A program made the position numbers and the translations under genes. The notes under the pieces are model-generated. The model saw only the letters and a program-made list of their open reading frames with translations. It ran no database searches and was not told the origin of the DNA. From Clostridia bacterium (lineage in GTDB: Bacteria > Bacillota > Clostridia > Oscillospirales > CAG-382): 64,000 bases of DNA. The stretch is taken from assembly GCA_017563195.1 (NCBI GenBank), contig JAFXDO010000066.1, forward strand, positions 459 through 64,458. Direction: 5' to 3'. This document shows, piece by piece, positions 35,837 to 46,349 of this stretch. The stretch's first letter is position 1. Each line of letters starts with the position of its first letter.

Positions 35837-37320
35837 TATGCGTGATAAAGCTTTTTGGTTTGATAGCAGGGCTCGCAGGTTAAATTGATCCCGAGCTTTT
35901 TAAGTAATTTTTCGTCAACCTGAGAGAGCAATACGGAGGAATGCATTTCGCATCCGCCGAGCTTTTTAAGCTGATCGAGGGCGAGTCGAGCATTCGGATC
36001 GGTAACCGCACAGACCGAAAGCGCAATAAGAATTTCATCGGTATGGAGTCGCGGATTATTGTTTCCGAGATGCTCTGTCTTGAGCTCCTGAATAGGCTCG
36101 ATTACCTCGGGAGAAATAAGAAGCACCTCGTTGTCTATCCCCGCAAGCGCCTTCAGCGCGTTGAGAAGCATCGCGCTCGATGCACCAAGCAGATCACTCG
36201 TCTTACCCGTAATGATCCTTCCGTCGGGAAGCTCGATCGCCGCAGCCGGACCGTTGGTTTCCTCGGCACGCGCATTTGCGGCTGTCGCAACGGTGCGATC
36301 ATCCTTTGAAATACCGCAATGGCTCATAAGGATTTCTATCTTGCGGATGGCGTTTTCGCCGCCCATTCCCTTACGCTGCTGACAAAGCGCCTCGTAATAG
36401 CGTCTGATGATCTCCTGTGTAGCGGCTTCGCGGCAAACGTTATCGTCGCTGATCGCATTGCCTGCCATATTAACACCCATATCGGTGGGAGACTTATAGG
36501 GTGACTCGCCGTAGATCCTTTGGAATATCGCCTTAAGAACCGGGAAAATCTCGACGTCTCTGTTATAGTTTACCGTCTGAACGCCGTAAGCCTCAAGATG
36601 ATAAGGGTCGATGCAGTTAAGGTCGTCAAGATCGGCAGTCGCCGCCTCGTATGCAATATTAACGGGATGATTCAGCGTGAGATTCCATATCGGGAAGGTC
36701 TCAAACTTTGCGTATCCCGCCTTTACACCGCGCATATGCTCGTGATAAAGCTGAGACAGGCAGGTCGCCATTTTTCCGCTTCCCGGTCCGGGAGCGGTCA
36801 TAACTACAAGTCTGCGCGAGGTCTGAATGAATTCGTTTCTGCCGTATCCCTGCTCGCTGACGATAAGCTTGACGTTGGAGGGATAGCCCTCGATGGGATA
36901 GTGCTTATAGGTGGTTACACCGAGGTTTTCAAGTCGCTTCTGAAAAGCAACGACAGCAGGCTGAGAATTATACTGAGTAAGCACGACGCTGCCGACGAAA
37001 AGACCGCAGGAACGGAAGGCGTCGATAAGACGCAGTACGTCCTGATCGTAGGTTATGCCGAGATCGCCGCGGACCTTATTCTTTTCGATATCGTTACTGC
37101 TGATGACGATCACTATTTCAGCCTCGTCCTTAAGAGCCGAAAGCATATCTATCTTGATTCCGGGCTTGAAGCCGGGAAGCACGCGGGAAGCGTGATAATC
37201 GTCGAACAGCTTGCCGCCGAACTCAAGATAGAGCTTGCCGCCGAACTGATCGATCCTTTCTCTGATATGTCGAGTCTGCAGCTCAACGTATTTTTCACAA
37301 TCAAAACCAAGCTTTTTCAT
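35836..37320 (-). CDS. DUF1846 (UPF0371) family protein
   Basis: 494 aa. MKKLGFDCEKYVELQTRHIRERI..GGKLYLEFGGKLFDDYHASRVLPGF. Confidence 0.85.
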   Translation of the reverse strand: MKKLGFDCEKYVELQTRHIRERIDQFGGKLYLEFGGKLFDDYHASRVLPGFKPGIKIDMLSALKDEAEIVIVISSNDIEKNKVRGDLGITYDQDVLRLIDAFRSCGLFVGSVVLTQYNSQPAVVAFQKRLENLGVTTYKHYPIEGYPSNVKLIVSEQGYGRNEFIQTSRRLVVMTAPGPGSGKMATCLSQLYHEHMRGVKAGYAKFETFPIWNLTLNHPVNIAYEAATADLDDLNCIDPYHLEAYGVQTVNYNRDVEIFPVLKAIFQRIYGESPYKSPTDMGVNMAGNAISDDNVCREAATQEIIRRYYEALCQQRKGMGGENAIRKIEILMSHCGISKDDRTVATAANARAEETNGPAAAIELPDGRIITGKTSDLLGASSAMLLNALKALAGIDNEVLLISPEVIEPIQELKTEHLGNNNPRLHTDEILIALSVCAVTDPNARLALDQLKKLGGCEMHSSVLLSQVDEKLLKKLGINLTCEPCYQTKKLYHA

Positions 37321-37967
37321 TTTATGACCTCATCTGATAATATCGTTTCAAGACTCTCGAGCGAAGGAAGTACTCTTCTTCCCGCAGAGTCGAGCTTTTT
37401 ATGACTTTGATGACCGCATGCTACAAGCATACAGTCAGAGCCGACAAGAGAAGCGACCTCGCTATCGTGATCCATATCACCGATAAACAGCACCTCACTC
37501 GGAGGAATACCGTTTTTCAGGATAAAATCGCGGGTACGCTCCGCCTTACTGCCGACAAAGCAGTCGTCGGACGCAACGATTTTCTCAAAGTAACCGGAAA
37601 TGCCGAACTCCTCGAGATACGGAATTATCTTTTCGCTTCTGCTGGAGGAATAAATATACTGTTTTATTCCCGCATCCGAAATACGTGAAAGCAGCCTTAT
37701 CGCGTTATTGAAGAGCGGACATTCGTTAAGATGCGAAGCCCAAAGACGGTCGAACTCAACAGAAAGTGCTTCCATCGACTCAACGGACATATCCATAACG
37801 GTTTCGTAAAATTTTACAATCGGGACCTCAACGGTATCACGGTAGTGCTCGAAGGTTATTCTCGGCAGACCCCTTGCGTCAAGCATATCGTTAACGGCGT
37901 CGCAGGTAGGTCGTGCATCGTCGAAGAGTGTGCCGTTCCAGTCCCAAAATATATATTTATAACTCAT
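37317..37967 (-). CDS. HAD family hydrolase (phosphoglycolate phosphatase-like)
   Basis: 216 aa. Motif I FWDWNGTLFDD and motif IV GDMDHD. Confidence 0.85.
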   Translation of the reverse strand: MSYKYIFWDWNGTLFDDARPTCDAVNDMLDARGLPRITFEHYRDTVEVPIVKFYETVMDMSVESMEALSVEFDRLWASHLNECPLFNNAIRLLSRISDAGIKQYIYSSSRSEKIIPYLEEFGISGYFEKIVASDDCFVGSKAERTRDFILKNGIPPSEVLFIGDMDHDSEVASLVGSDCMLVACGHQSHKKLDSAGRRVLPSLESLETILSDEVIK

Positions 37968-37996
37968 ATAATACCTCTTATAATCGTTAACAATTT

Positions 37997-38025
37997 ATAT
38001 TAACATATCAAAGGATTTTTTTCAA
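37997..38025 (-). promoter_or_regulatory. Sigma-A-type promoter ahead of the HAD-to-ChrA gene array
   Basis: Minus strand reads TTGAAA-N17-TAATAT with TGn (aTGtTAATAT). Confidence 0.4.
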
Positions 38026-38060
38026 CACTTTTCTCGACGCATTTGCATATTTTTACCAAA

Positions 38061-38089
38061 TTAAAACACCTCGGGCAAAAAGCCCGAGG
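38061..38089 (-). terminator. Rho-independent terminator after the ireB bicistron
   Basis: CCTCGGGC-aaaaa-GCCCGAGG. The minus strand then reads TGTTTTAATTT. Confidence 0.65.
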
Positions 38090-38098
38090 CATTTCAAA

Positions 38099-38377
38099 TT
38101 ACTTTTGCTTAAGTGCTCTTTCAAGCCAGATCGTACCGATATCGAATGCGTCGTAGAAGTTCTTCTTTTCGCACTGCTTGACTACCTTTTCGTTAAACGA
38201 AATTTCGTCGTCGGTATTCTGTATCTGTACAAGAACTCTTGTGGCAACCTCAATATCGCCGACCTTTTTGGCATCCAGAATATTCATAAAGAGAATGAAC
38301 TTATCATCGGGATTGCCGTAGAAGACGAATCGACCCTGGCGGACAAGAGGCTTGCCTTTGTACATAAGTGTCTTCAT
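38099..38377 (-). CDS. Hypothetical protein (~92 aa)
   Basis: ATG 38377 lies 9 nt after AAAGG. An alternative TTG at 38386 overlaps the ireB stop. No family recognised. Confidence 0.5.
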   Translation of the reverse strand: MKTLMYKGKPLVRQGRFVFYGNPDDKFILFMNILDAKKVGDIEVATRVLVQIQNTDDEISFNEKVVKQCEKKNFYDAFDIGTIWLERALKQK

Positions 38378-38382
38378 TGGGT

Positions 38383-38673
38383 TCAACCTTTCTTGCCGTC
38401 TGTATTGATGAAGTCCTCTACCAACGTGCGCAGAAGCTCATCGCGGTCAATCTTGGAGATGATCGCACGGGAGTTATTGTAATTCGTGATATAAGTCGGA
38501 TCCTCGGAAATAATGTAGCCGACGATCTGATTAAGGGGGTTATATCCCTTTTCAACGAGAGCATCGTAAACGCTTTGAAGCTTTTCACGCATTGCTTCTC
38601 TGTTTTGCTCCTTAATGGGGAACATAATTGTTTTTTGCTTATTATCGACCGTTTTTTGGCTTTTATCCAACAT
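38383..38673 (-). CDS. ireB: IreB family regulatory phosphoprotein (UPF0297)
   Basis: Trimmed to MLDKSQK (GGAGG 7 nt upstream; the predicted -10 lies upstream of it). Conserved VYDAL.EKGYNP.NQIVGY..S.DP.YI and RDEL. Confidence 0.8.
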   Translation of the reverse strand: MLDKSQKTVDNKQKTIMFPIKEQNREAMREKLQSVYDALVEKGYNPLNQIVGYIISEDPTYITNYNNSRAIISKIDRDELLRTLVEDFINTDGKKG

Positions 38674-38715
38674 TTTCAACCCTCCTTGACCGATATTCAG
38701 ATAGCTGTTTAAATC

Positions 38716-38744
38716 ATTATACAACAAACTTTTGTTCTTTGCAA
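38716..38744 (-). promoter_or_regulatory. Consensus sigma-A promoter for ireB
   Basis: Minus strand reads TTGCAA-N17-TATAAT. Confidence 0.5.
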
Positions 38745-38773
38745 GTCTTTTTGACTATTTAATTTTTTCGTTT

Positions 38774-41155
38774 TTATGAACGAAGGACTATTCCCTGCTC
38801 CTTATCGAGCTTCTTGAGTATCTTCTTGACGCCTGCATCTGCCTCTTCGTCGGTCATCGTCTTATCCGCGAGACGGAATACGAGACGTACCGCTACACTC
38901 TTCTTGCCCTCCTCGACGCCCTTTCCACGGTATACGTCGAAGACGAAAGCGTCCTCGAGCGACTTGCCTGCGTAGGAACGGATATCGGCAAGAAGCTTAC
39001 CGACCTCGTGATCCTTATCACAGATAAGCGCAAGGTCTCTTTCCATTGCGGGATATACCGGAAGCGGAATATAGCCGCGTTCATTCTTCACGGAATCGTA
39101 AAGTGCCTCGGTGGAGATGATCGCCGCGCAAACACCTCTGGGAAGATCGTAGTTTTCGCAAACGAGAGGATGAACCTCACCGATGGTACCGATAACGCTA
39201 CCGTTAACGAGCACCTGAGCGCATCTGCCGGGGTGGAACGAGGGATCGCTGTCCACCGCAACGTATTCACGCTTGCAGATATTCAGACGCGTAAAGAGCG
39301 CCTCGGCGTCCGCCTTGAGCTGATAAAATCCGCCGCAATCGGGTGTGAAAGCGAAGCAGAGCGACTTCTTTTCGTCGGAAAGATCGCCGTCACGGAAGTA
39401 AAGCGTCATAATTTCAAACATACGACACTTTTCCACTTTTCTGTTCACATTTCTTTCGAGAACCTCGAGCATCGAAGGAAGCGGATGGGTTCTCATGACC
39501 GAGGTATCCTCTCCGAGAGGATTGATGAGTCGGATAAAGTCGCGGAGCTTGCTGTCTGCGGGTACGTTGATCTTATCGAGCGTTTTGGGCGAAACGAAGG
39601 AATAGGTGCAGGTCTCGCAGTATCCGAGTCCCGCCATACAGTCGTCGATCCTGTAGCGGAACGCCTCGTGAGGAGTTCTTCCGCCGAGGTCGGCTGCGCC
39701 CTTGAACATAGTGGGCTCGATATTGTCAAAGCCGTAAAGTCTTACGACCTCCTCTGCAATATCAGCGGTATTGATGATATCGCTTCTGTAGGGAGGAACG
39801 ATAAGTCCGCCCTTACCGTCGGAGATCAATTCAACCGATGCGAGGATCTTATCCATCTCGTCGTCGGAAATGTTGGTTCCGAGGAGGGCATTGACGCGTG
39901 CACGGTCGTAAGCAACGACACGCTCGGAAACGTCGGCGTTATTGATATCGATAATACCCTCAACGACCTCGCCGCATCCGAGAAGCGTCACAAGCTCTGC
40001 AGCACGGTCGACAGCGGGAAGCGTATTAACTGCGGGGAGACCCTTTTCAAACTTAGCCGAGCTTTCGGTACGGAGACCGACAGCCTTGGAGGTCTTACGG
40101 ATGCTTTCGCGAGCAAAATTCGCACTTTCAAACACGACCGTGGTGGTAGTATCGAGAATTTCGCTGTTTTCACCGCCCATTACGCCCGCAAGTGCAACAG
40201 CACGGGAGCCGTCTGCGATAACAAGCATTTCGGGAGAAAGCTTTCTGGTAATACCGTCGAGAGTGACGATCTCCTCGCCCTCATTCGCATTACGAACGTT
40301 GATCTCGCGGCTCTTAATGTATTCGTAGTCAAATGCGTGCATAGGCTGACCGTATTCGAGCATTACGAAGTTGGTGATATCGACGATATTATTGATAGGT
40401 CTCACGCCTGCAGCACGGAGCTTTGCGCGCAGCCAGAGGGGCGAAGGACCGATCTTGACGTTTTTGATAACTCTTGCGGTATAACGCGGGCAAAGCTCGT
40501 TATTCAAAACGTTGACCTTAATGTAGTCGGTCACCTTTTCGCCTGCGGTTTCGGTAACCTTGGGCTCGGGAAGTCTGGTTTCCGCGCCGAAGGTAGCAGC
40601 AGCCTCGCGTGCAATTCCGATATAGGAAAGGCAGTCGGGACGGTTAAAGGTAAGCTCGAATTCAACGATGGTGTCGTTAAGCTTGCAGACGTCGCGAATA
40701 TCGTCGCCGAGATTGCATTCCTCCTCAAGAAGGAAGATGCCGTCCTCTATGGCATAGGGAAAGTCGTTAACGGTCAGTCCAAGCTCGGAAAGCGAGCATA
40801 GCATACCCTGAGAAACAACGCCGCGGAGCTTGCCGCTCTTGATGGTCTTGCCGCCGGGGAGCTTCGCTCCATCGAGGCACACGGGAACGATATCGCCCGC
40901 CTTGACGTTCTGCGCTCCGGTGACGATCTGGCGGATCTCGCCATCGCCGACGTCGATCTGACAAATGATAAGATGGTCGGAGTCGGGGTGTGGTTCGGTT
41001 GACATAATTTTACCAACGACAACCTTTTCGATATCGCTGCCCAAAACCTTGTAGCCCTCAACCTTTGTGCCGGTCATAGTCATTTCGTCACAGAAGGTCT
41101 TTATATCGTCGGGTACGTTTACATAATCTTTAAGCCAGTTAAGTGATACTTCCAT
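38774..41155 (-). CDS. pheT: Phenylalanine--tRNA ligase beta subunit
   Basis: 793 aa. MEVSLNWLKDYV start, followed by tRNA-binding, B3/4, B5 and FDX-ACB regions. Confidence 0.95.
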   Translation of the reverse strand: MEVSLNWLKDYVNVPDDIKTFCDEMTMTGTKVEGYKVLGSDIEKVVVGKIMSTEPHPDSDHLIICQIDVGDGEIRQIVTGAQNVKAGDIVPVCLDGAKLPGGKTIKSGKLRGVVSQGMLCSLSELGLTVNDFPYAIEDGIFLLEEECNLGDDIRDVCKLNDTIVEFELTFNRPDCLSYIGIAREAAATFGAETRLPEPKVTETAGEKVTDYIKVNVLNNELCPRYTARVIKNVKIGPSPLWLRAKLRAAGVRPINNIVDITNFVMLEYGQPMHAFDYEYIKSREINVRNANEGEEIVTLDGITRKLSPEMLVIADGSRAVALAGVMGGENSEILDTTTTVVFESANFARESIRKTSKAVGLRTESSAKFEKGLPAVNTLPAVDRAAELVTLLGCGEVVEGIIDINNADVSERVVAYDRARVNALLGTNISDDEMDKILASVELISDGKGGLIVPPYRSDIINTADIAEEVVRLYGFDNIEPTMFKGAADLGGRTPHEAFRYRIDDCMAGLGYCETCTYSFVSPKTLDKINVPADSKLRDFIRLINPLGEDTSVMRTHPLPSMLEVLERNVNRKVEKCRMFEIMTLYFRDGDLSDEKKSLCFAFTPDCGGFYQLKADAEALFTRLNICKREYVAVDSDPSFHPGRCAQVLVNGSVIGTIGEVHPLVCENYDLPRGVCAAIISTEALYDSVKNERGYIPLPVYPAMERDLALICDKDHEVGKLLADIRSYAGKSLEDAFVFDVYRGKGVEEGKKSVAVRLVFRLADKTMTDEEADAGVKKILKKLDKEQGIVLRS

Positions 41156-41175
41156 TTCAAATGTTCCTCCCTAAA

Positions 41176-42189
41176 TTAAAACTGCTTGAGGAAGCGTGCG
41201 TCGTTTTCGAACATCAGGCGAAGGTCATCGATACCGGACATGACCATTGCGACACGCTCAACGCCCATACCGAAGGCAAAGCCGGTATATACGTCGGGGT
41301 CGATTCCGCCCGCGCGCAATACGTTGGGGTGGACCATACCTGAGCCGAGTATTTCCATCCATCCCTCACCCTTGCACAGACGGCAGCCCTTGCCTCCGCA
41401 TACGAAGCAGGAAACGTCAACCTCTGCCGAGGGCTCGGTGAACGGGAAATTGTGAGGACGGAAGCGAGTCTTGGTTTCGGGACCGAACATAGTCTTTGCA
41501 AACTGCGAAAGGATGCCCTTAAGGTCTCCCATAGTGATGCCCTTATCGATAACCAGACCCTCGAGCTGATGGAACATCGGAGAGTGAGATGCATCGGCAA
41601 CGTCGCTTCTGTAAACTCTGCCCGGGGAGATAATACGGATGGGAGGAGTGAGTCCGCGCATCGCACGAATCTGTACGGGCGAGGTCTGGGTACGGAGCAG
41701 CGTATTCTCGGTTATGTAGAAGGTGTCCTGAAAATCGCGTGAGGGATGGTCGGCAGGTGCGTTGAGTGCGTCAAAATTGTTGTTGACGGTTTCCACCTCG
41801 GGACCCTCTGCAACCGAAAAGCCCATATCGATAAAAATCTCGGTCATACGCTCAAGCGCACGTGTGATAGGATGGATATGTCCCGCGTTTGGGGCAACGG
41901 CATCATAGGTGACGTCAAGCTTTTCCTCGGCGAGACTCCTTGCGAGAGCGAGCTTTTTAAGCTCTGCACCGCGAACCTCAAGCGCCTCCTCGATGCAATT
42001 TCTGACCTCGTTGGCGATAGCGCCGATAACGGGGCGTTCCTCGGGAGAAAGCGAGCCCATTCCGCGAAGAATTGCAGTGAGTGCGCCCTTTTTACCGAGA
42101 TATTTGATTCTGATTTCCTCAAGTGAGGTATCCGCAGCGGCGATCTCCGCCACAGCGGTCGTTTTTATTGATTCGAGCTGTGATTTCAT
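41176..42189 (-). CDS. pheS: Phenylalanine--tRNA ligase alpha subunit
   Basis: 337 aa. HPSRDFQDTFY, FRPHNFPFTEPS and GFAFGMGVERVAM motifs. Confidence 0.95.
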   Translation of the reverse strand: MKSQLESIKTTAVAEIAAADTSLEEIRIKYLGKKGALTAILRGMGSLSPEERPVIGAIANEVRNCIEEALEVRGAELKKLALARSLAEEKLDVTYDAVAPNAGHIHPITRALERMTEIFIDMGFSVAEGPEVETVNNNFDALNAPADHPSRDFQDTFYITENTLLRTQTSPVQIRAMRGLTPPIRIISPGRVYRSDVADASHSPMFHQLEGLVIDKGITMGDLKGILSQFAKTMFGPETKTRFRPHNFPFTEPSAEVDVSCFVCGGKGCRLCKGEGWMEILGSGMVHPNVLRAGGIDPDVYTGFAFGMGVERVAMVMSGIDDLRLMFENDARFLKQF

Positions 42190-42215
42190 TTGAATCTGCC
42201 TTTCGATACTATATA

Positions 42216-43319
42216 CTATTCAAGATAATCCTTGAGCTTTTTGGATCTGCTGGGATGGCGAAGCTTACGGAGCGCCTTTGCTTCTATCTGACGGATACGC
42301 TCACGGGTGATGTCGAACACCTTGCCCACCTCCTCAAGCGTGCGGGGTCTGCCGTCTTCGAGACCGAATCTGAGCTTCAAAACAGCCTCTTCGCGGGGAG
42401 TGAGGGTGTGAAGCACCTCGAGAAGATGCTCGCGGAGCATCTGGTAAGAAGCGGCATCGGCAGGCGCGGGGGTATTATCGTCTGCGATAAAGTCGCCGAG
42501 ATGGGAGTCCTCCTCCTCACCGATAGGCATTTCGAGCGATACCGGCTCCTGCGCGATCTTGAGAATATCGCGGACCTTATCGACGGGCATATCCATTTCC
42601 TTTGCGATTTCCTCGTCAAGAGGATCTCTTCCCTTTTCCTGAAGAAGCTGACGCGATACTCTGAGCACCTTATTGATAGTCTCGACCATATGAACGGGGA
42701 TTCTGATGGTTCTTGCCTGATCGGCAATAGCACGGGTGATAGCCTGTCTGATCCACCAGGTAGCGTAGGTCGAGAACTTAAAGCCCTTTCCGTAGTCGAA
42801 CTTTTCGGCAGCCTTCATAAGACCGAGGTTACCCTCCTGAATAAGGTCGAGGAAGAACATGCCGCGGTTTACATAACGTTTTGCGATACTTACTACCAAA
42901 CGAAGGTTTGCTTCTACGAGCTGCTGCTTAGCGAGAAGGTCGCCGTGAGACATACGGTTTGCAAGCTCAAGCTCCTTTTCCGCTGAAAGAAGCGGAACCT
43001 TACCTATTTCCTTAAGATACATTCTGACGGGATCGTCTATAGAGACGCCTTCCTGAGTAAGAAGGGTGTCGACGTCCTCGGGTGTTTCCTCAAAATCCTC
43101 GTTTTCGATATCCTCCTCGGATAGATCGAATACAGCCTCGAGATGCTCGGTCGCGATCTCGATTCCGTTGCGTTCGAGTGCTTCGCACACCTTTTCGAGC
43201 TTTTCGACAGACACGTCTGTGTCGGCAAGTGCCTCAAGAATCTCAGCTATCTTGATGCTTCCCTTGCTCTTTGCCTCTTCGATCTTTTCGGGTGCAAAGC
43301 CGGACAAATCCTTATCCAT
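42216..43319 (-). CDS. rpoD: Primary RNA polymerase sigma factor SigA/RpoD
   Basis: Trimmed to MDKDLSG (AGGAGGA SD). Regions 1.2-4.2, including [27 protein letters not shown] and [20 protein letters not shown]. Confidence 0.95.
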   Translation of the reverse strand: MDKDLSGFAPEKIEEAKSKGSIKIAEILEALADTDVSVEKLEKVCEALERNGIEIATEHLEAVFDLSEEDIENEDFEETPEDVDTLLTQEGVSIDDPVRMYLKEIGKVPLLSAEKELELANRMSHGDLLAKQQLVEANLRLVVSIAKRYVNRGMFFLDLIQEGNLGLMKAAEKFDYGKGFKFSTYATWWIRQAITRAIADQARTIRIPVHMVETINKVLRVSRQLLQEKGRDPLDEEIAKEMDMPVDKVRDILKIAQEPVSLEMPIGEEEDSHLGDFIADDNTPAPADAASYQMLREHLLEVLHTLTPREEAVLKLRFGLEDGRPRTLEEVGKVFDITRERIRQIEAKALRKLRHPSRSKKLKDYLE

Positions 43320-45123
43320 TGTTTTCCTCCTGTATGTTAGACTTTTTGTTTTTGATTTTAGCAAGGTATTCATTCAAGGCGTTTAACGGGTCCGCCTCGA
43401 TTTTTTTATCGTATTCGTTACGCTCGCGAAGCTCCTTCAACGCGGTTATATGGGAGTTGAGCGCGGTTAACGTAATGTCGCCAAGCTCGAGCCGCGAAGC
43501 TCTGCAATTTTCAAGAGCGCCGATCTCCTTGGCGGTAAGGACGCCGTCCTTCGAAAGGACGATTTCCCTGCCCTCCGAAAAATCTTCACGGAAGAGAGAG
43601 AATATTTTTTTATTAAGCGCAGTAGCAAAATCGTTTTCGTCAAGCCGCTTCACCGCCTCGGGTCCGAAGTCGCTTCTTATAAGCAAAAGCCCGAGTATCG
43701 ATTCCTCGTGTGATGCCTCGGACGAGAACCGAAGCTTATCGCTGTTTGCGCTTCCTCCGAATCCGCTTTGCTCGCGCAGAGCGTTGTTCACGATTTCCTT
43801 TTTGATCCTTGCGTCCTGCCGCTTTGCCTTACGCTCCACCTCTGTGCGGATCGATTCGGCGGTCAGCTTAAGCTTTTCCGCGGCACGTGCGGCATAAACC
43901 TCGCGCTCGGGTCGCGATGCAAACGTCGCAATGAATTTCGTGATCTCCTCGACTGCACGAAGCTTATCCTCAGCAACCGTCACGTCGTATCTCGAAATGA
44001 TCTCGTCAATACGATAATCTATCTGTCCCGAGCTTCCGGTAAGCTTTGCACGGAAGGAATCTGCACCGAATCGCTTTATATATTCGTCGGGGTCCTTAGC
44101 CTCGGTACCGAGGTTCAATATTTTTGTATCGACTCCGACCTGATTGAGCAGCTCGATACCCTTTAAGGTAGCCTTTCTTCCCGCTTTATCGATATCGTAT
44201 GCGAGATAAACGGTACGGCAATAACGCGCGATAATACGGGCATGCTCGGGAGTGATAGCGGTTCCCAGAGTCGCAATCGCATTGTCAAAGCCTGCTTGGT
44301 GCATAGCGATCGCATCGGGCGCACCTTCGCAAAGGATCAGCGTTCCAGACTCGCTGTTTTTTGCAAAATTCAATGCAAAAAGCACACGGCTCTTTTTAAA
44401 TACCGGCGTATCCGAGGTATTAACGTACTTACGCTCGTCGTTTTCGTTCAATCTGCGTCCGCTGAACGCCACGACCTCGCCGTCAACGTCGAAGACCGGG
44501 AACATCAGTCGGTTTCGGAACATATCGTAAAGCTTGCCATTTTTCTTGCTTTCTCCGCCCAAAAACGCAGTCCGTATTTCAAGTGCATTGAAGCCCTTTG
44601 AAACAAGATAGTCGCAAAGCGGAGCCCTGCCGAAGGGTGCGTCGGGTGCAAAGCCGATGCCGAATCGCTTGACGGTAGTGGAATTAAAGCCGCGCTTATC
44701 AAGATATGCGCGTGCATCAGCCCCCTCGGGAGCCAGAAGGGATTTATAGAAAAACCTTGCCGCCTCACGGTTAAGCTCAAGCAGCCTGTCGCGCTTTACG
44801 GTAGGCTCGTGCGGCTTACGGCTTTCATAGTTTTCCTCGACCTTTATGCCTGCACGCTTTGCAAGAAACTCGATTGCCTCACGGTATTCGATATTTTCGG
44901 TCTGCATAACGAAGGTGACGACGTCGCCGCCCGCGCCGCAGCCGAAGCAATAATAGCTCGACGTCGACGGGAACACGGTAAAGGAGGGAGTGCGCTCGCT
45001 GTGAAACGGGCAATTACCGACGAGGTTACTTCCCGCACGCTTCAGCGTCACGACTCTGCCGATAACTTCTTCGATATTATTCCGAAGTTTAAGCTCTTCG
45101 AGAAATTCGCGTGTAAACGCCAT
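43312..45123 (-). CDS. dnaG: DNA primase
   Basis: 603 aa. Zinc finger [11 protein letters not shown]...CFGCGAGGD and [19 protein letters not shown]. Confidence 0.95.
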   Translation of the reverse strand: MAFTREFLEELKLRNNIEEVIGRVVTLKRAGSNLVGNCPFHSERTPSFTVFPSTSSYYCFGCGAGGDVVTFVMQTENIEYREAIEFLAKRAGIKVEENYESRKPHEPTVKRDRLLELNREAARFFYKSLLAPEGADARAYLDKRGFNSTTVKRFGIGFAPDAPFGRAPLCDYLVSKGFNALEIRTAFLGGESKKNGKLYDMFRNRLMFPVFDVDGEVVAFSGRRLNENDERKYVNTSDTPVFKKSRVLFALNFAKNSESGTLILCEGAPDAIAMHQAGFDNAIATLGTAITPEHARIIARYCRTVYLAYDIDKAGRKATLKGIELLNQVGVDTKILNLGTEAKDPDEYIKRFGADSFRAKLTGSSGQIDYRIDEIISRYDVTVAEDKLRAVEEITKFIATFASRPEREVYAARAAEKLKLTAESIRTEVERKAKRQDARIKKEIVNNALREQSGFGGSANSDKLRFSSEASHEESILGLLLIRSDFGPEAVKRLDENDFATALNKKIFSLFREDFSEGREIVLSKDGVLTAKEIGALENCRASRLELGDITLTALNSHITALKELRERNEYDKKIEADPLNALNEYLAKIKNKKSNIQEENNG

Positions 45124-45157
45124 ATTCGCACTCCTTTCATAAGTTTACATAATTAGT

Positions 45158-46156
45158 TTATTTGTATTGCCAGACCTTGGGCACGAACAGCTCGTTAAAG
45201 CAGCCGAGCGCGTATCTGTCGGTCATACCTGCGATAAAGTCTGCAGTCACGACAGAGATGCCGTCGCGCTCTGCATATTTCATATATTCGTTGGGGATCT
45301 GCTCGGGATGAGCAAAGAAATGCTCGTAAAGGAAGGTTATCATATTGACGACCTTGCCGTCCTCGCCCTTTGCCTTTTCGTTACGGTAGACACGGTCGAA
45401 CATAAAGTCGCGAAGCCTGTCCATCGCGGTTCCGTAGGGCTCGGTGAGTCCGATGCCGTTTTCGACGCCGTTTTCGATGGCGGCAGTAACGAGTGAGGTG
45501 ATCCTTTGACCGTGGGTGTTGCCCAAAAGCTCACTGATCTCCTTCGGGATATCGGCGATATTGAGTATCCCTGCCCTTGCGGCATCGTCGATATCGTGAT
45601 TGATATAAGCGATCCTATCGGCAACCTTGATTATCCTGCCCTCAAGGGTAGATGCGGGCTCGTCGCCGGTATGGCAGAGTATCGCGTCACGCACTTCAAA
45701 GGTAAGGTTAAGCCCCTCGCCCTCGTTTTCGAGATAATCGACTACGCGCAGGCTCTGCTCGTTATGGCGGAAGCCCTCGGGAAGAAGATAGTCAAGCGCT
45801 CTTTCGCCCGAATGGCCGAAGGGAGTATGACCGAGATCGTGACCGAGCGCTGCCGCCTCGGTAAGATCCTCGTTAAGACGCAGGGCTCGAGCGATGGTAC
45901 GCGCGATCTGTGCGACCTCGAGGGTGTGGGTAAGACGAGTCCTGTAATGGTCGCCCTCGGGTGCGAGGAACACCTGCATCTTATGCATTAGTCTGCGGAA
46001 GCTTTTCGAATGAATAATTCTGTCACGGTCGCGCTGAAACTCGGTTCTGACCGGGCATTCCTTGACGGGGTACATCCTTCCGCGCGTATTTTTTACAAAA
46101 AAAGCATCTTTGCAAAGAAACGCCTCTTCATATGCAAGCGTGCTGTCTTTAATCAT
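45158..46156 (-). CDS. dGTPase-like HD-domain triphosphohydrolase
   Basis: Trimmed to MIKDS (GGAG 9 nt upstream). Motifs RTRLTHTLEV and LGHDLGHTPFGHSGE. Confidence 0.85.
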   Translation of the reverse strand: MIKDSTLAYEEAFLCKDAFFVKNTRGRMYPVKECPVRTEFQRDRDRIIHSKSFRRLMHKMQVFLAPEGDHYRTRLTHTLEVAQIARTIARALRLNEDLTEAAALGHDLGHTPFGHSGERALDYLLPEGFRHNEQSLRVVDYLENEGEGLNLTFEVRDAILCHTGDEPASTLEGRIIKVADRIAYINHDIDDAARAGILNIADIPKEISELLGNTHGQRITSLVTAAIENGVENGIGLTEPYGTAMDRLRDFMFDRVYRNEKAKGEDGKVVNMITFLYEHFFAHPEQIPNEYMKYAERDGISVVTADFIAGMTDRYALGCFNELFVPKVWQYK

Positions 46157-46289
46157 AAAACGCATCTCCAAAAACGGTCGAAAAAACCTTTGTACACAAT
46201 TATATACGCTCATTTTTCATCTTTTACTTTTTTGTTGCCGATTTTTTTGAAAAACATAAAAATTAATAGATTCTTTTTAATATTATAAC

Positions 46290-46318
46290 TTGTCTTTTTT
46301 AGAAATTAATGGTATACT
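46290..46318 (+). promoter_or_regulatory. Sigma-A-type promoter for the DUF5685-like/J-domain/membrane operon
   Basis: TTGTCT-N17-TATACT with TGn (aTGgTATACT). Confidence 0.45.
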
Positions 46319-46349
46319 TTAATTTGTATTATTATGATCGGGTGACAAA

